Shown here one piece after another: positions 1 through 11,056 of a DNA stretch of 64,000 bases. Under the pieces are notes generated by a model that saw only the letters and a list, made by a program, of their open reading frames with translations, had not been told where the DNA came from and ran no database searches. A program made the position numbers and the translations under genes. Source of the DNA: Octopus bimaculoides (taxonomy: Eukaryota); contig NC_068985.1 of assembly GCF_001194135.2 (NCBI RefSeq), positions 25,811,304 through 25,875,303 of the forward strand. Direction: 5' to 3'. The stretch's first letter is position 1. Every line of letters starts with the position of its first letter.

Positions 1-770
1 ATATATATATATATATATATAATACCAAATGATACAAGAACGCAAGACATCCAGACAGTTAGGTGATACAAGAAAGGGACAACAAAACATCCAGAGACGA
101 TACAAAGAAAACAAGGACGGGTCATTCGGAGTTTTCTTTCCTCAGTCGAGTTCCAGATTATCTTTGCAATTTCAACTGGTTATACTCGAGATTGCTCCAA
201 TCTGGCCAGCCACAAGGAAAAACTAAGCTAAGAGCTTGGAAGAAAGCAGCGAATCTATACAAAAACAAGGACGGAAAGAAACGAACAATGTTACACGAAT
301 ACAATAAAAATAATAACAGGATATAACAATACGGGCGCGCTAGCAGAGATAACCGGTTTTTGCTCGGAGTTAAGATGATAGTTCTTTATTGTTTTAGTTG
401 TTTCGGTCATGTGACTGCGGCCATGCTGGTGTACTACCTTTCGTCGAAGAAATCCAGCCCAGGATCTATTTTTTGTAAGCCTAGTAATATTCACATTTTA
501 ATTTCAGCTGCAATATTTTGGTATTTATGGGAGCAGCTGCCTTCGAAGACTCATATTGTCGTTCAATGCTCGAAATGAGGAGTAGATAGACATCCGACAA
601 CTGATGAAGGGTCATTCTTTGTGTTACTTGTCCTCTCTTACCATTTTTTTCTGTGATTGTTTGCGTATTTCATGTTGTTTATTGTTGTGGTGATGTCGTG
701 TACCCATATATATATATATATATACATACATACATACATACATACATACCCTTTTTACACGCGCACGGGC

Positions 771-1662
771 ACAGGATGATCGGGTTAAATTTTGGGTTTA
801 ATATCTCCATTTTTCATGAACAGCTTGATGTATTGATGAGCAGTCAATGGCATGAGTGCACATAAAGATTACATTTTTTAGTTCAGAAAATGTTCGTTGA
901 CATGGGAGACTGAAAGTCATCTGAATATACGTGAATAATTCCTTGTATCATTTTGATTCGCGCTGGTTTTCAAAATGTTGACATCTGCTCAATATTCTGT
1001 GAACATTGCAAACGCTGTAGGACGTGACATGGACAGGTGCAGCGGAGGCTACGAAGTCTTAGCAAGCAGTAAGGGACAAGCAGGCGTTCTGACTGCGTCT
1101 GCCCGTTGGATTTGGTCCCCACATCTTTGAACGGGCTCACAGGCCCAATTCAGACGGCTACATGAAGCTGCTAGAAACTGTAGTCAATCCCTGACTGGAG
1201 AGGCTTGCTGTCAGAAGGTCATGTGTATGGCACCAGGATTCCACTGTAGCTTGCCTACTTCTGGAAAAAGTCAGAAGTAGCTGTCGGAGAATTTCTACTT
1301 CACCAGCCCCAATTTCTGGCCACCTAATTCCCCGACTGTAATCCGATGGATTATTATGTGAGAGGCGCGGTTGAGAAAAACACTAACCGCTCTGCCGGCA
1401 GCATCAAGGCCGAACTAATGCCCAAGACCAAGAAAAGGTGTTCAATTCCCTCATCCCCAACAACGCAATGAGGAACGCATGCGCTAAGTTCCAGAGCTAT
1501 CTTGAAGCCGCGGCGGAAGCTGAGAGCGACTACTTTGAGTAAATTGTTAACTCCTAGCCATAATCTAAGCTGATATTTAAAATTTTTTTTTAATATCTTT
1601 ATTTATTGATGGGATATTGTCTTCTTTTATGCAAATTATTAAATTCAGCCCGAACGCCCTGT
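771..1662 (+). mobile_element. Internally deleted maT/DD37D-type Tc1/mariner element (transposase pseudogene fragment)
   Basis: Degenerate TIRs cacaggatgatcgggttaaattt / aaattcagcccgaacgccctgtg; internal frames give WPPNSP..CNPMDYYV.GAVEK. Confidence 0.75.
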
Positions 1663-1791
1663 GTGTGCGTGTACGTGTGTGTATGTGTGTGTGTGTTTGC
1701 GCCCGCGCGCATGCGTGTATATACACAGACACACACACATCCGCACTTACATACACATTCACACAAACACACACACACACATACACACATA

Positions 1792-2755
1792 TAGGGTCAT
1801 CCTATCAATAATGCGGTTTTTTTCAATTGCATGAACTAAAAGTCGGAGGGGGATGGGATAAACTACCTGCACCAACTTGCTATAAAAGCAGGTAGTAATT
1901 TTATCCTGTCCTTATTCTTAGTGCATGTTTTGAAGAGTGCAGTTCAATTTTAACAGTTATTTTTTCATAGATATAATGAAAGTGACAAAAGGTCATATTC
2001 GGCATATTTTGCTTTATAAGTTCAATAAAGGCAACAATGCAACGGAAAATGCGAGGAATATTAATACAGTATATGGAGATCAGACAATACGCGTAAGCTA
2101 GTGTCAACGGCGATTCCAGAAATTCCGAGATCGAAACTGCAGCTTAGAAGACGAGCCTCGTCCTGAGAGATCTGTAGAGCTCGATGAGGACGTCCTGCAA
2201 ACCCTGGGCGAACAAAATCCCATTGTAAATGTTGAGGAACTAGCAGAGAAACTTGCATTTGGTCATTCACCCATTCATCGACTCCTGCGTGCCATCGGAA
2301 AAGTCAGTAAATTGGGTCAGTGAGTTCCTTACAAACTCTCCGAATCGAATCGTGCTCAGAGGGTGAATGTGTGCTCTTCTTTGATGTCACGTCTCACGAA
2401 TGAACCTTTTTTGGACCGAATAGTGGCTGATGATGAGAAATGGGTTCACTATAAAAATGTCAGGGGCCGAAGACAGTGCGTAGGGAAAGGAGAAACACCA
2501 GCACCTCAGGCTAAAGAAGGTCTTCATCCACATAAGTGTTGTTATCTGTTTGGTGAGCTATGAAAGGTCTCGGCCACTTTGAATTTTTAAACTTAAACCA
2601 AACGATAACAAAGGAGATCTATTGCGAGCAGCTGGAGCAGCTTAATTCAGCGCTAGAAGTAAAAACGACCATCTTTGGTTTCATGACGAAAGGTATTCTT
2701 CTATCAGAATAATACTCGGCCACATTCAGCGAGGATTACATTCCAAATGCTTCAA
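1792..2755 (+). mobile_element. Mariner (DD34D) element, 3' truncated, transposase pseudogene from ATG 1976
   Basis: MKVTKGHIRHILLYKFNKG..., VPYKL, RIVADDEKWVHY, LHPHK motifs with stops and frameshifts. Confidence 0.9.
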
Positions 2756-2897
2756 ACCTAACTGAGATTAACTCTGCCTTTCGTCCCTCTGGGGTTGATA
2801 AAATATATACTAGCCTTCCGAGGGCTCAAAATTGTTGGCTTTGTGTCTAAATCAGAAACCGTGTTAGGGAAGAGTTGTCTGTACTTTAACGTATAGC

Positions 2898-2942
<45 letters not shown>

Positions 2943-3084
2943 TGAGCTTGTTTTCACCTATACACGAAGGCATGTAATAATGACTCGGGAAATACCTATG
3001 TGTTTGTAAATTTAGTTTGCACGTGATTCTATGATCTCATGTATTTACAGATTTTTTTATGTTGCTTTTTCTAATACACAAATT

Positions 3085-3680
3085 GGATCTTTTTTAAAAC
3101 GGGGGTCACATTTTTCATTAATGTTTTACGTAGTGTTTTTGGTACCGAAAGACTTTCAAACTTCGTATACTTATCTATTTTGTGTTATAGAACAGAAAAA
3201 TATTTTTGTATTCGAATTTATTTCATGTAAAAAATTGTCTTATTTCGATAATTTCAACCAATCACTGACGTCCACTCAGCCGATATACATTAAGTGCCGA
3301 CTACATAAACAAACGATTCTTCGTTTTATTTGCTTTTTTCATTTTAAATTTGCTTTAACCCTAACCCTAACCCTAACCCTAACCCTAACTCTAACCCTAG
3401 GGTTAGGGTTAGGGTTAGAGTTAGGGTTAGGGTTAGGGTTAATTGTTTCAGAATCGTTTGTTTATGTAGTCGGCACTTAATGTATATCGGCTGAATGGAC
3501 GTCAGTGATTGGTTGAAATTACAGAAATACGACAACTTTAACATGGAATAATTTATGGATTTCTTTTTTTTTTAAGAAGACTAAGAGAAAAAGATGTTTT
3601 ATATGACACATTCTACCAGTGTTCCAAGTTTCAAAGTGTTTCGTTAATGAAAAATGTGGCCCCCGTTTTAAAAAAGATCC
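3085..3680. mobile_element. 596-bp MITE: 37-bp TIRs, 8-bp TSD CACAAATT, internal 72-bp inverted arms and central telomeric palindrome
   Basis: TIRs 3085-3121 / 3644-3680 (36/37 match); TSD 3077-3084 and 3681-3688; GG termini plus 8-bp TSD suggest Merlin-like (inference). Confidence 0.88.
3359..3438. repeat. Inverted telomeric repeat (CCCTAA)6-CCCTAGGG-(TTAGGG)6 with one variant unit per arm
   Basis: Read directly from sequence. Confidence 0.97.
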
Positions 3681-4371
3681 CACAAATTATTCAATATAAA
3701 ATATGTCATTTATTGATAAACATTGCTAGTTTGCTCGAATTCTGCTCTTTGACAATATAAGACGATTCAGATTGTGTTGGAAGAACGCACAACGTTGCAC
3801 AGCAAATAAAACACTCATTTGTTGACTTATGGAATTTGAATCATGGTAATTTGCATACAATTATTATTTCAAACGCATTGTTTGTATTATTTGTATTCGA
3901 ACTTATTTCAGACAAAAAAAGCATACGCTTAAAAGGATATTAGCCGAAACATTCTATCACCACAATCCAATGTTTTTGCTAGAACCTCGAAAGTAAATGG
4001 TTTCTAACTTGGCGGAAACGAGACGCAGAAAATCGACGTCTCCTTCACTTGAAATGTGTCTTGTTGAGTTTAGCAGAAACGAGAATCGATAAAGACTGAT
4101 TTCATTAGTGTGTGATCTGAAGGAGGTGTAACTACTATTTCTATCCCGTATAGCTCACTGTTGCCTTTTCACCTCTAATCGAACATACGATGAAATGTAT
4201 TCTCGCCGTGGTCCTCCCGTTTCTCCCCTTTGACACAAAACATAGTACACAGAGAATCACACCCATAAAATTATATCATAAACACCCACCACCGTCACGA
4301 ATAACTGAATTTGTGAAAAGTGATGTGGGGGTGAAGAATCAAAATTTCTTATAGTTAAAACTTATAAAAGG

Positions 4372-4690
4372 GTAAAGACCCCCTTCGGTCACGATTGACC
4401 ATGGGATTGCACCTAGAAAGTAACCCCCATGCGAGGCACAAATCCGGGCAAGCTTGTTTGTAGAAGACCAACAGTCGTCCGTGTATGCTAGTCTCCCCTC
4501 TTCACGCCACTGACGTTGTCCAAAGGATAGGCAAAGGTCGATACAGCTTGGCACCAGTGACGTTGCAACTCATTTCTACAGCTGAGTGAACTGGAGCAAC
4601 GTGAAATAAACTGCCTTCCTCAAGGACATAGCACACAGCTCGGTCTGAGGATCGAACTCACAGCCACATGATTGTAAGCCGGAATTCACA
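4372..4690 (-). mobile_element. tRNA-derived SINE, family C (related to 16245-16580)
   Basis: Reverse complement of gaccatgggattgcacctagaaag...cagctgagtgaactggagcaac body seen at 16245-16580. Confidence 0.85.
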
Positions 4691-5378
4691 AAAAAAGATC
4701 GAAAGAACTAAAAAATCCAAAGATCACGACTGCGTATTCAGGAAGTGAAAAAAAACATGAGAGTGACGGGAATGAAAAGATTGGGATTTCCGAAACAAAA
4801 GGTATAAGAATCGTAATCTTCTACGTTTCAAACATATGATGAAAAAGCTAGAAAATACGTCGATAAGGGAAACAATAACGGCTGGTTGCGTACTTGGAAA
4901 TCGTTAAGAGTGGATTCCAATTAAAACTCGAGGTAAAAATAGATAAGTGAAAAACAAGTTTTGCAGAATCAAATATCCTCAATGATTAATACATACATCT
5001 CCGAATAAGTTTAAAATAAATAAATAAATATTACCGGGTGGGGCTGCTTACTACAGAGCTTCACCACTGCGTCATCTTTTGTCTCTCCTGCTGACAAGTT
5101 CAGGTTGACAAAAAAATTCTTTTCTTCTTTGTTGACTATTCATGCCCACATTAACTTCGTATGCATGATCACATTCCTTACCTCTGTCTCCATCTCCCTC
5201 TTTTTCTCCCTTTCTTTATTTCCCCCTCCTTCTCCCTCTTCTCTCTTTCTCACTCTCTCATACTTTCTTTTTATTCCTCTTTCTCTCTGTATATCTGTCT
5301 CCATGAATGCGCACCAATACACACATTCGCACACCAACCAACCCACATAATATATGTCGTATTTATATTACATATTAT

Positions 5379-5411
<33 letters not shown>

Positions 5412-5789
5412 AATGTATGCATGCATATGTATATTGTATTATATCTTTAAAATATCAGATACATATATACAGTATATGCTCTGCATAGAAGCCTTGAAGC
5501 ACTTGGGTTTTTCAAAAGCAGGCAGAGTTGAATGATTCGCATTATCCAGATACGATCGATTAGCAGGACAGCGAATATTTGTAAAACATTTCAGGAATTC
5601 TTCATTCGAAGATCCTGGCTGAACATATGCAACAACCACATAAACATAATTCATATGAAATACATATCGTTTAATATAGACGTACTTGGCTATGGGTTTA
5701 TTCATTGCAACACCATCGTGAAAAGCATTCACTTAATATATTAATCTAGAATGTTGCAAATAAGACAGTAGGGCGCTTATTTGTTATGT

Positions 5790-5990
5790 CCACTTGTGTG
5801 TATGTATGTGTGTGTGAATGAGCATGTCTGTGTTTGTACTCCCACCATCGCTTGACAACCGATGTTGGTGTGATTATGTCCCCGTAACTTAACGGTTCGG
5901 CAAAAGAAAACCGATAGAATAAGTACTAGACTTACAAAGAATAAGTCCTGGGTCGATTTTTTTCGACTAAAGGTGGTGCTCCAGCATAAC
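5790..5990 (+). mobile_element. SINE family A, 3' half
   Basis: caccatcgcttgacaaccgatgttggtg...gatagaataagtactag shared with many copies. Confidence 0.85.
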
Positions 5991-6798
5991 AGAAAACTAT
6001 GCCATTTTAATCCCAAGCAACGCCGGGTATCTCTGCTAGTATAATTATATATCTAAGAGAAATAGATTTGACTGTTAAGAAGTGTTCTCTAACTCACCTA
6101 TGTTAGTGTATTAGCATTAACTTAAGATTAAAATAAATTCAAGTCGGTGAAAAAAAATTGTGTTTGCATTTGTTTTCAAATGCTGATTTTTAACAAGTTT
6201 GGGTGTACCCCTTCTTTTTATTTGTATGGGAGTGCTTAATTTCAAACAAAAGATTTATATATATATTACTTTGACACATTCAGTAACGCAAATGTTAAAA
6301 GGAGGTATAATTTTATTTATTCAAAAATGTAGATAAGCAAATGAATGCATATCTAAACAGTTTTTTTCTTTTCAAAACGAAATATTTTTTTATTGCGTTA
6401 TATAGGGAAAAAGAAATGGTTTTAAGAATTGATCTTTCATTTAAATATTATCAGCGGCTACAAAAGATCATATAGAAGTATCTTGTTCTTTAAATTCCAA
6501 GTCATCTCTGGTTAATCAGAAAAATGCTCACAAGCATTGAAGCAGTTACAATCCCATCCTTTACAAAGCTATCTAGGGCAACAGTATCTTATAACATATT
6601 TATGATGGTCAAGTATAATTTTCTTTTAGAATTGGCAGCTCTTTCTAGTAAGACCAACATCAGTGTAAAGGCTCCAATCTATTGGTCCAAAAAGAAGTCA
6701 ACATTACCAGGGGTTTCATATACGTATTTATGTGTGTATGTACACATACATGTAAATATATATATTCATATGTGTATATTTACATATATTTGTTTCTA

Positions 6799-6837
<39 letters not shown>

Positions 6838-7098
6838 AGATACACATACACACACATACTCATATATATATATATGTGTAGTGTGCGCGCGCGTGTATAT
6901 AAGTGTTTTCCAGCATATAAGACGTACTATTCCCCAAATTCCCTCCCCAAGGAGAAACGAGAATATAAAAAACAAAAACATTGAAAGCAAACTTTTTTTC
7001 GAACAACGAAAGAAAGAAAGAAACAGAAAAACGAGACAGGCAACACAAAGAACATTCCCTTCATCAGTTGTCCCCTGTTTTATCTACTCCGTGTTTCG

Positions 7099-7140
<42 letters not shown>

Positions 7141-7143
<3 letters not shown>

Positions 7144-7395
7144 GGATTGGGCAAAATAATGGAAACACCTTCAGCTAAAACAGTCTCCAGTTCTTGTAGT
7201 AATGATGGTGGAGGATATCGGACTCCTTACTTGTTTTTCTAAACCGCACAATAAATGTTCAATAATATTGAGATCTGGGGATTGTGGAGGCAAGATAAGA
7301 TGTTCAACTTCACTAGAATGTTCCTCATGCCATTCAGTAACAATTTTAGCTGTGTGAATTAATGCACTATCATCCTGAAAGATTGCGTTTCTCAA
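7141..7395 (-). mobile_element. Tc1-like (DD34E) transposase C-terminal fragment with one TIR
   Basis: FQDDSALIH...PPQSPDLNIIEHL; TIR-like ta-cagggattgggcaaaataatggaaacacc. Confidence 0.85.
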
Positions 7396-8379
7396 AACTA
7401 TGTTTTATCGTATTTGAGTGTCTGCAATTTCTGTATTTGATCGAAGAATATCTAAGAAAAAGATATTTCCCCATCGATCTCAAGACCCTCCAACAAGGTG
7501 TTTAAAAAGATCGAATATAGAAGTTAAATACTACTACAGATATAAGATCGTCCCTCGTAACTATTGTTAATTTACCATTGGAAACAACGCTTAACATCAC
7601 AGGTCAACGAGGCTGCCTCAATGTGGTCACTTGTTAGAAATAACAACCCAATTTACCTCGTATAACTTCTTATCGTCTTTACAAAAGCATAATGGAAAAT
7701 GTCGTCCGAAGTACACACTGCCCGTAATGAAAAAGTTAATCGTGGATAGAATGTTTTCATTATAAGTTTCCCGAGTTATGGCTGACCCAGAGTGAATTAA
7801 CAAATGCGCAGTAATTTTTGCACTAATCGTGCCCGCCCAACTGACAAAGGTTATCATTTATGATCGTATAACTGTTCTGCTTAGTGACAGCTTTATGAAA
7901 GAGGAAAGACCGGTGTTACAATATTTGACAAAACACGTGTGAAGGGTTTTACAAAATATCTGTTTTTGTTAACTATACAATTAGCATCTAATAATCTTTG
8001 TGTGTGTGTGTTTTTTTTAACTTTATCTTGTACTACGTTCTTCAGAAGACAACTCTGAATTATATAAAGAAAATACTGCCAGTTTTGATAATGAATCTTA
8101 ACTTATCAAATATCAGTAAAAATTTGAAGTAAAAACAGTTTCTCTCTTCTCTGGGAGTCAAAAACATGCCTGGAGTGTTTCGTTGATGTCTTCATTGTGT
8201 ATAGTTTGTTATAGAGTTCAAAGTGTTAGAGAGTAAGAGAGGGGGTGTAGTTGTCTATTGTCTAAAAGAAATCTTTGTCGGTTCCTGCCAAGGGAGTGGC
8301 TTAAAAGCATTTATTGAATGGTTGTTATGTCCACGTGTGTGTTTGTGTGTGTGTGTTTGTATGTGTGTGTATGTGTGTG

Positions 8380-8497
8380 TGTTGTGTTGAATGCCCTTTC
8401 AATATGTTTGGAATGTGACTAACTGAGCTGATGACTGCGTGTATGTTGTGATGAATGTCTTGTTGAAGAAAGAATTAGGAATTCTTTTGAGTGCCTC

Positions 8498-8538
<41 letters not shown>

Positions 8539-8830
8539 CACCTGCCGAACCTGCTATGATTGGTCTCAATTTTAGATCATCTGATGGTGTTAGCTGTATA
8601 TATTTGTTTGCTGAGGATTTACAGGTGTCACTTATCCTTTTGTATTTATGGATTTTTAGATAAACCATAAAAGTTGCTCGTTTTGCATTTGAAGTGGCAT
8701 TTTCTCTCCCTGTTTATTTCTGTGTTCCTTTCTGTCGAAGAGCGTAGGCTCGAAACGTAAAATATTTTCTCACTTCCCGAGCGTTAAACTAATACATCTG
8801 TTTGTTGTTTACACACCCATCTTCGTCTTC
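8380..8830. mobile_element. Penelope-like retroelement relic (RT start on - strand, terminal motif on + strand)
   Basis: KIHK...LKLRPIIAG on - strand; ctgtcgaagagcgtaggctcgaaacgta terminal/HHR-like motif. Confidence 0.6.
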
Positions 8831-8957
8831 TGTTTTTTTTGTACATTCTCACAATATATATATGTGTGTGTGTGTGTTCGCGCGCGCATACATATACACA
8901 TACATATATAAAGATGCATACAGATACTACGTAGACCAGATACACACATACTCGCAT

Positions 8958-9001
<44 letters not shown>

Positions 9002-9399
9002 TATATGCAGCAGTTAGTATAACTGTTATTCGAATACTGTTCTTTTTAACTCAGGTGGATTGATTTGGGTTGTGGGTGTTAGGTTTGCATTAGTTAAGTT
9101 TAGTTAAAATTGTAATATGTGAATGTATGTTTAGCTACATGCAGGCATCTGGGTGATTGTTCCGTAAGTTTATTTATAATGCGCTCCTTTGTTAACAATA
9201 TTGCGAAAGAGTTAGTGCCAAACTTTAAAAAAGAACAATAGTATTAGGGCGATTGTTTAACTGAACTCTTTCAAGACGGTGCACCAGCATGGCAAGAGTT
9301 CAATGACTAAAAGAAGTGAAAGAATAGAACGAAGTCAGTGGTCATGAAGGCTTCGCAGTCTCCATCTCAGATATACGTTCACCACTTCACCAGGTACAG

Positions 9400-10615
9400 G
9401 TTATCTCGAAAGACGACATCCTTATCTTCTGTTCGACAATTCTCCTGTCTGCCATTCACTCCCAACTCAAGGCTAAGCTTCGCTAGCTTGAAAGATTGAC
9501 GAACAAACTGAATGTAATCAACGTCCACCCAGTACTGTTCCTGTTAAGGAACTACTTCGCCATGCCGAAGTTATCGTATACCCTCCACAATCCCCCTTGG
9601 CACAGCCACGTATCTCGCCTCACAGATCTCGACGCCTTTATCCAACAGGCCACCTCACCTGTTAGATACGGTGGCCCCGGCCTTCGATCTCCGGTTTCAC
9701 TAGTTCTGCCGGTTTTTCTCTCGTCGCTGACCTCTTGCCGTGTCCTCATCAACAGAGTTCTCCATAACACAACTGAACCTACTGTGACTGGGGAGTGCGT
9801 GGTGGACTACACAACATGAAGCCAGCTCGGCTTGCACCCTGCTGATGTCCAACCCCCCTCCCCTCTGTGGACGTCCAGTGTAGCATCATCTTGGACGAGA
9901 TAGGACGCCGACTTGACTAGCACTGTCTGGCATGTTTCCACTTAGCCTCCATGCCTCACAGCAGAGACTTACTCAATATGGTGTCAGCAATCACGACTGG
10001 CATTTCCCTGGGGTTTGGCCTCTAGATCTGTATGCTTCACGAATGCCGCTGTGGCTCCCCTGTGGATTCTTTCAGCATGCACCTATTGTCATGCCATCAC
10101 ACTACTGGCTACTTTCCACGCCATGCCACCCTTAACAAGATCATAAATCATAAAGCATGGCCTAGACGCTGCAGGCTTCCCTTCCCAGCTCGAGCCAGTG
10201 GGGGTTAAACCGAGGTGATGGTAAAAGGCCTGACGGTATGACAATTTTCCCGTTTCGTAACATCTGGGGTGTTACATGCAGTGACATCTTTTCCATCGAC
10301 AACTTGATGTATCCTACTAGCCCAGGCTCCGCTGCTCGTCAAGTTGAGTAAAACAAACTGTCAAAGTATCAGTCAAAGCTCTCTGACAGGTTTATGGTTG
10401 AGCCTGTGGAAATGGAATCCACCGGCGTTCTCAGCCCCCCGACCATATTTCTGCTCACCGCTAAGGAGGCGGAGATGGCTATCTGCAAGTGCGAACCCCG
10501 TACGTCAGAGTGAATGTTTTAGCGCATCACCCTCCTCTTTTCCATTTGGTTTGCTGGGACCATCAGGAAATCAAGAGAATGTAAGACTTTCGTAGCTTAC
10601 CACATGAATAATAAA
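9400..10615 (+). mobile_element. Degraded CRE-clade-like non-LTR retrotransposon, 3' part with zinc knuckle and RLE nuclease
   Basis: LFLLRNYFAMPKLSYTL; PVRYGGPGLRS; HLLSCH...RHATLNKII; EPVGLNRGDGKRPDG; AATAAA near end. Confidence 0.8.
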
Positions 10616-10619
10616 TTAT

Positions 10620-10940
10620 TCATTCTTATTTCTGTCCATATAAAATAGGATATTTTTCATTACTACCAGACTTACTAAAGTGACATTATTGTGTTATAGA
10701 CTAAAAGAATGTGGGATGTAACAATGCAAGTATACAAAACATAAAACGGAGCGTAGAGATGAAAAACGAAAGAAAAGCATTTTATATTTTATTTTCAGTT
10801 ACGTTTTTGAGAACCGTTAATCGAAAAAAGCTTATAAAAGTCATACAACAACCAGCCGGCTTTTGCCAGCTAAATGAAGTGATCTCCCTTGGCAGAATCG
10901 CAGTCGACCTGAGAATTGTTTTTAACTAAATGGCGCGTGA
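10620..10940 (+). promoter_or_regulatory. Probable PRKDC promoter/5'UTR
   Basis: CpG-retaining non-repeat segment between a LINE 3' end and the ATG; AAATGGCG (YY1-like) overlaps the start codon. TSS cannot be located. Confidence 0.45.
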
Positions 10941-11056
10941 AATAAAACGCATCGAACAGTGTCTAAATGATTTATGGAATGGAAAAGATGATCGAAAACA
11001 GATTGTCGAAGATATTGCTCTCATCTGTCCCAATCAGTTGACAGTTAAAAATATTG
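10930..11056 (+). CDS. PRKDC: PRKDC exon 1 coding part: MAREIKRIEQCLNDLWNGKDDRKQIVEDIALICPNQLTVKNI (127 nt, phase 1)
   Basis: ATG directly preceded by in-frame TAA; donor G|gtaaac at 11057; phase matches exon 2. Similarity to the human N-terminus is weak, so this is less certain than later exons. Confidence 0.72.

Noticed and set aside
536-650. Hammerhead at CTGATGA near 601
   Set aside because: No downstream GAAA, and the available helices do not give hammerhead topology
3359-3438. Chromosome end-to-end fusion scar
   Set aside because: Fusions read (TTAGGG)n then (CCCTAA)n; here the order is reversed and the array is inside a TIR/TSD-bounded element
3960-4330. Promoter or first exon of another gene (ttggcggaaa E2F-like motif, CpG-retaining)
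   Set aside because: A single short motif with no supporting ORF or splice structure; the whole upstream region retains CpG
5439-5732. 97-aa - strand ORF as exon of a divergent gene or APE fragment
   Set aside because: Only a short VVAYVQPGSSNEEF resemblance; no convincing splice sites or further motifs
6524-7159. 211-aa ORF
   Set aside because: Runs through (TA)n/(CA)n microsatellites; no recognisable domain or splice support
7627-7857. 76-aa - strand ORF with possible gtaaat donor
   Set aside because: The donor region matches an old dispersed repeat also seen near 22705, 30345, 44035 and 55130; protein not recognisable
10590-10610. - strand ATGTG|gtaag as first exon of a divergent gene
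   Set aside because: Coincides with the 3' end of the CRE-like element; no downstream exon identifiable
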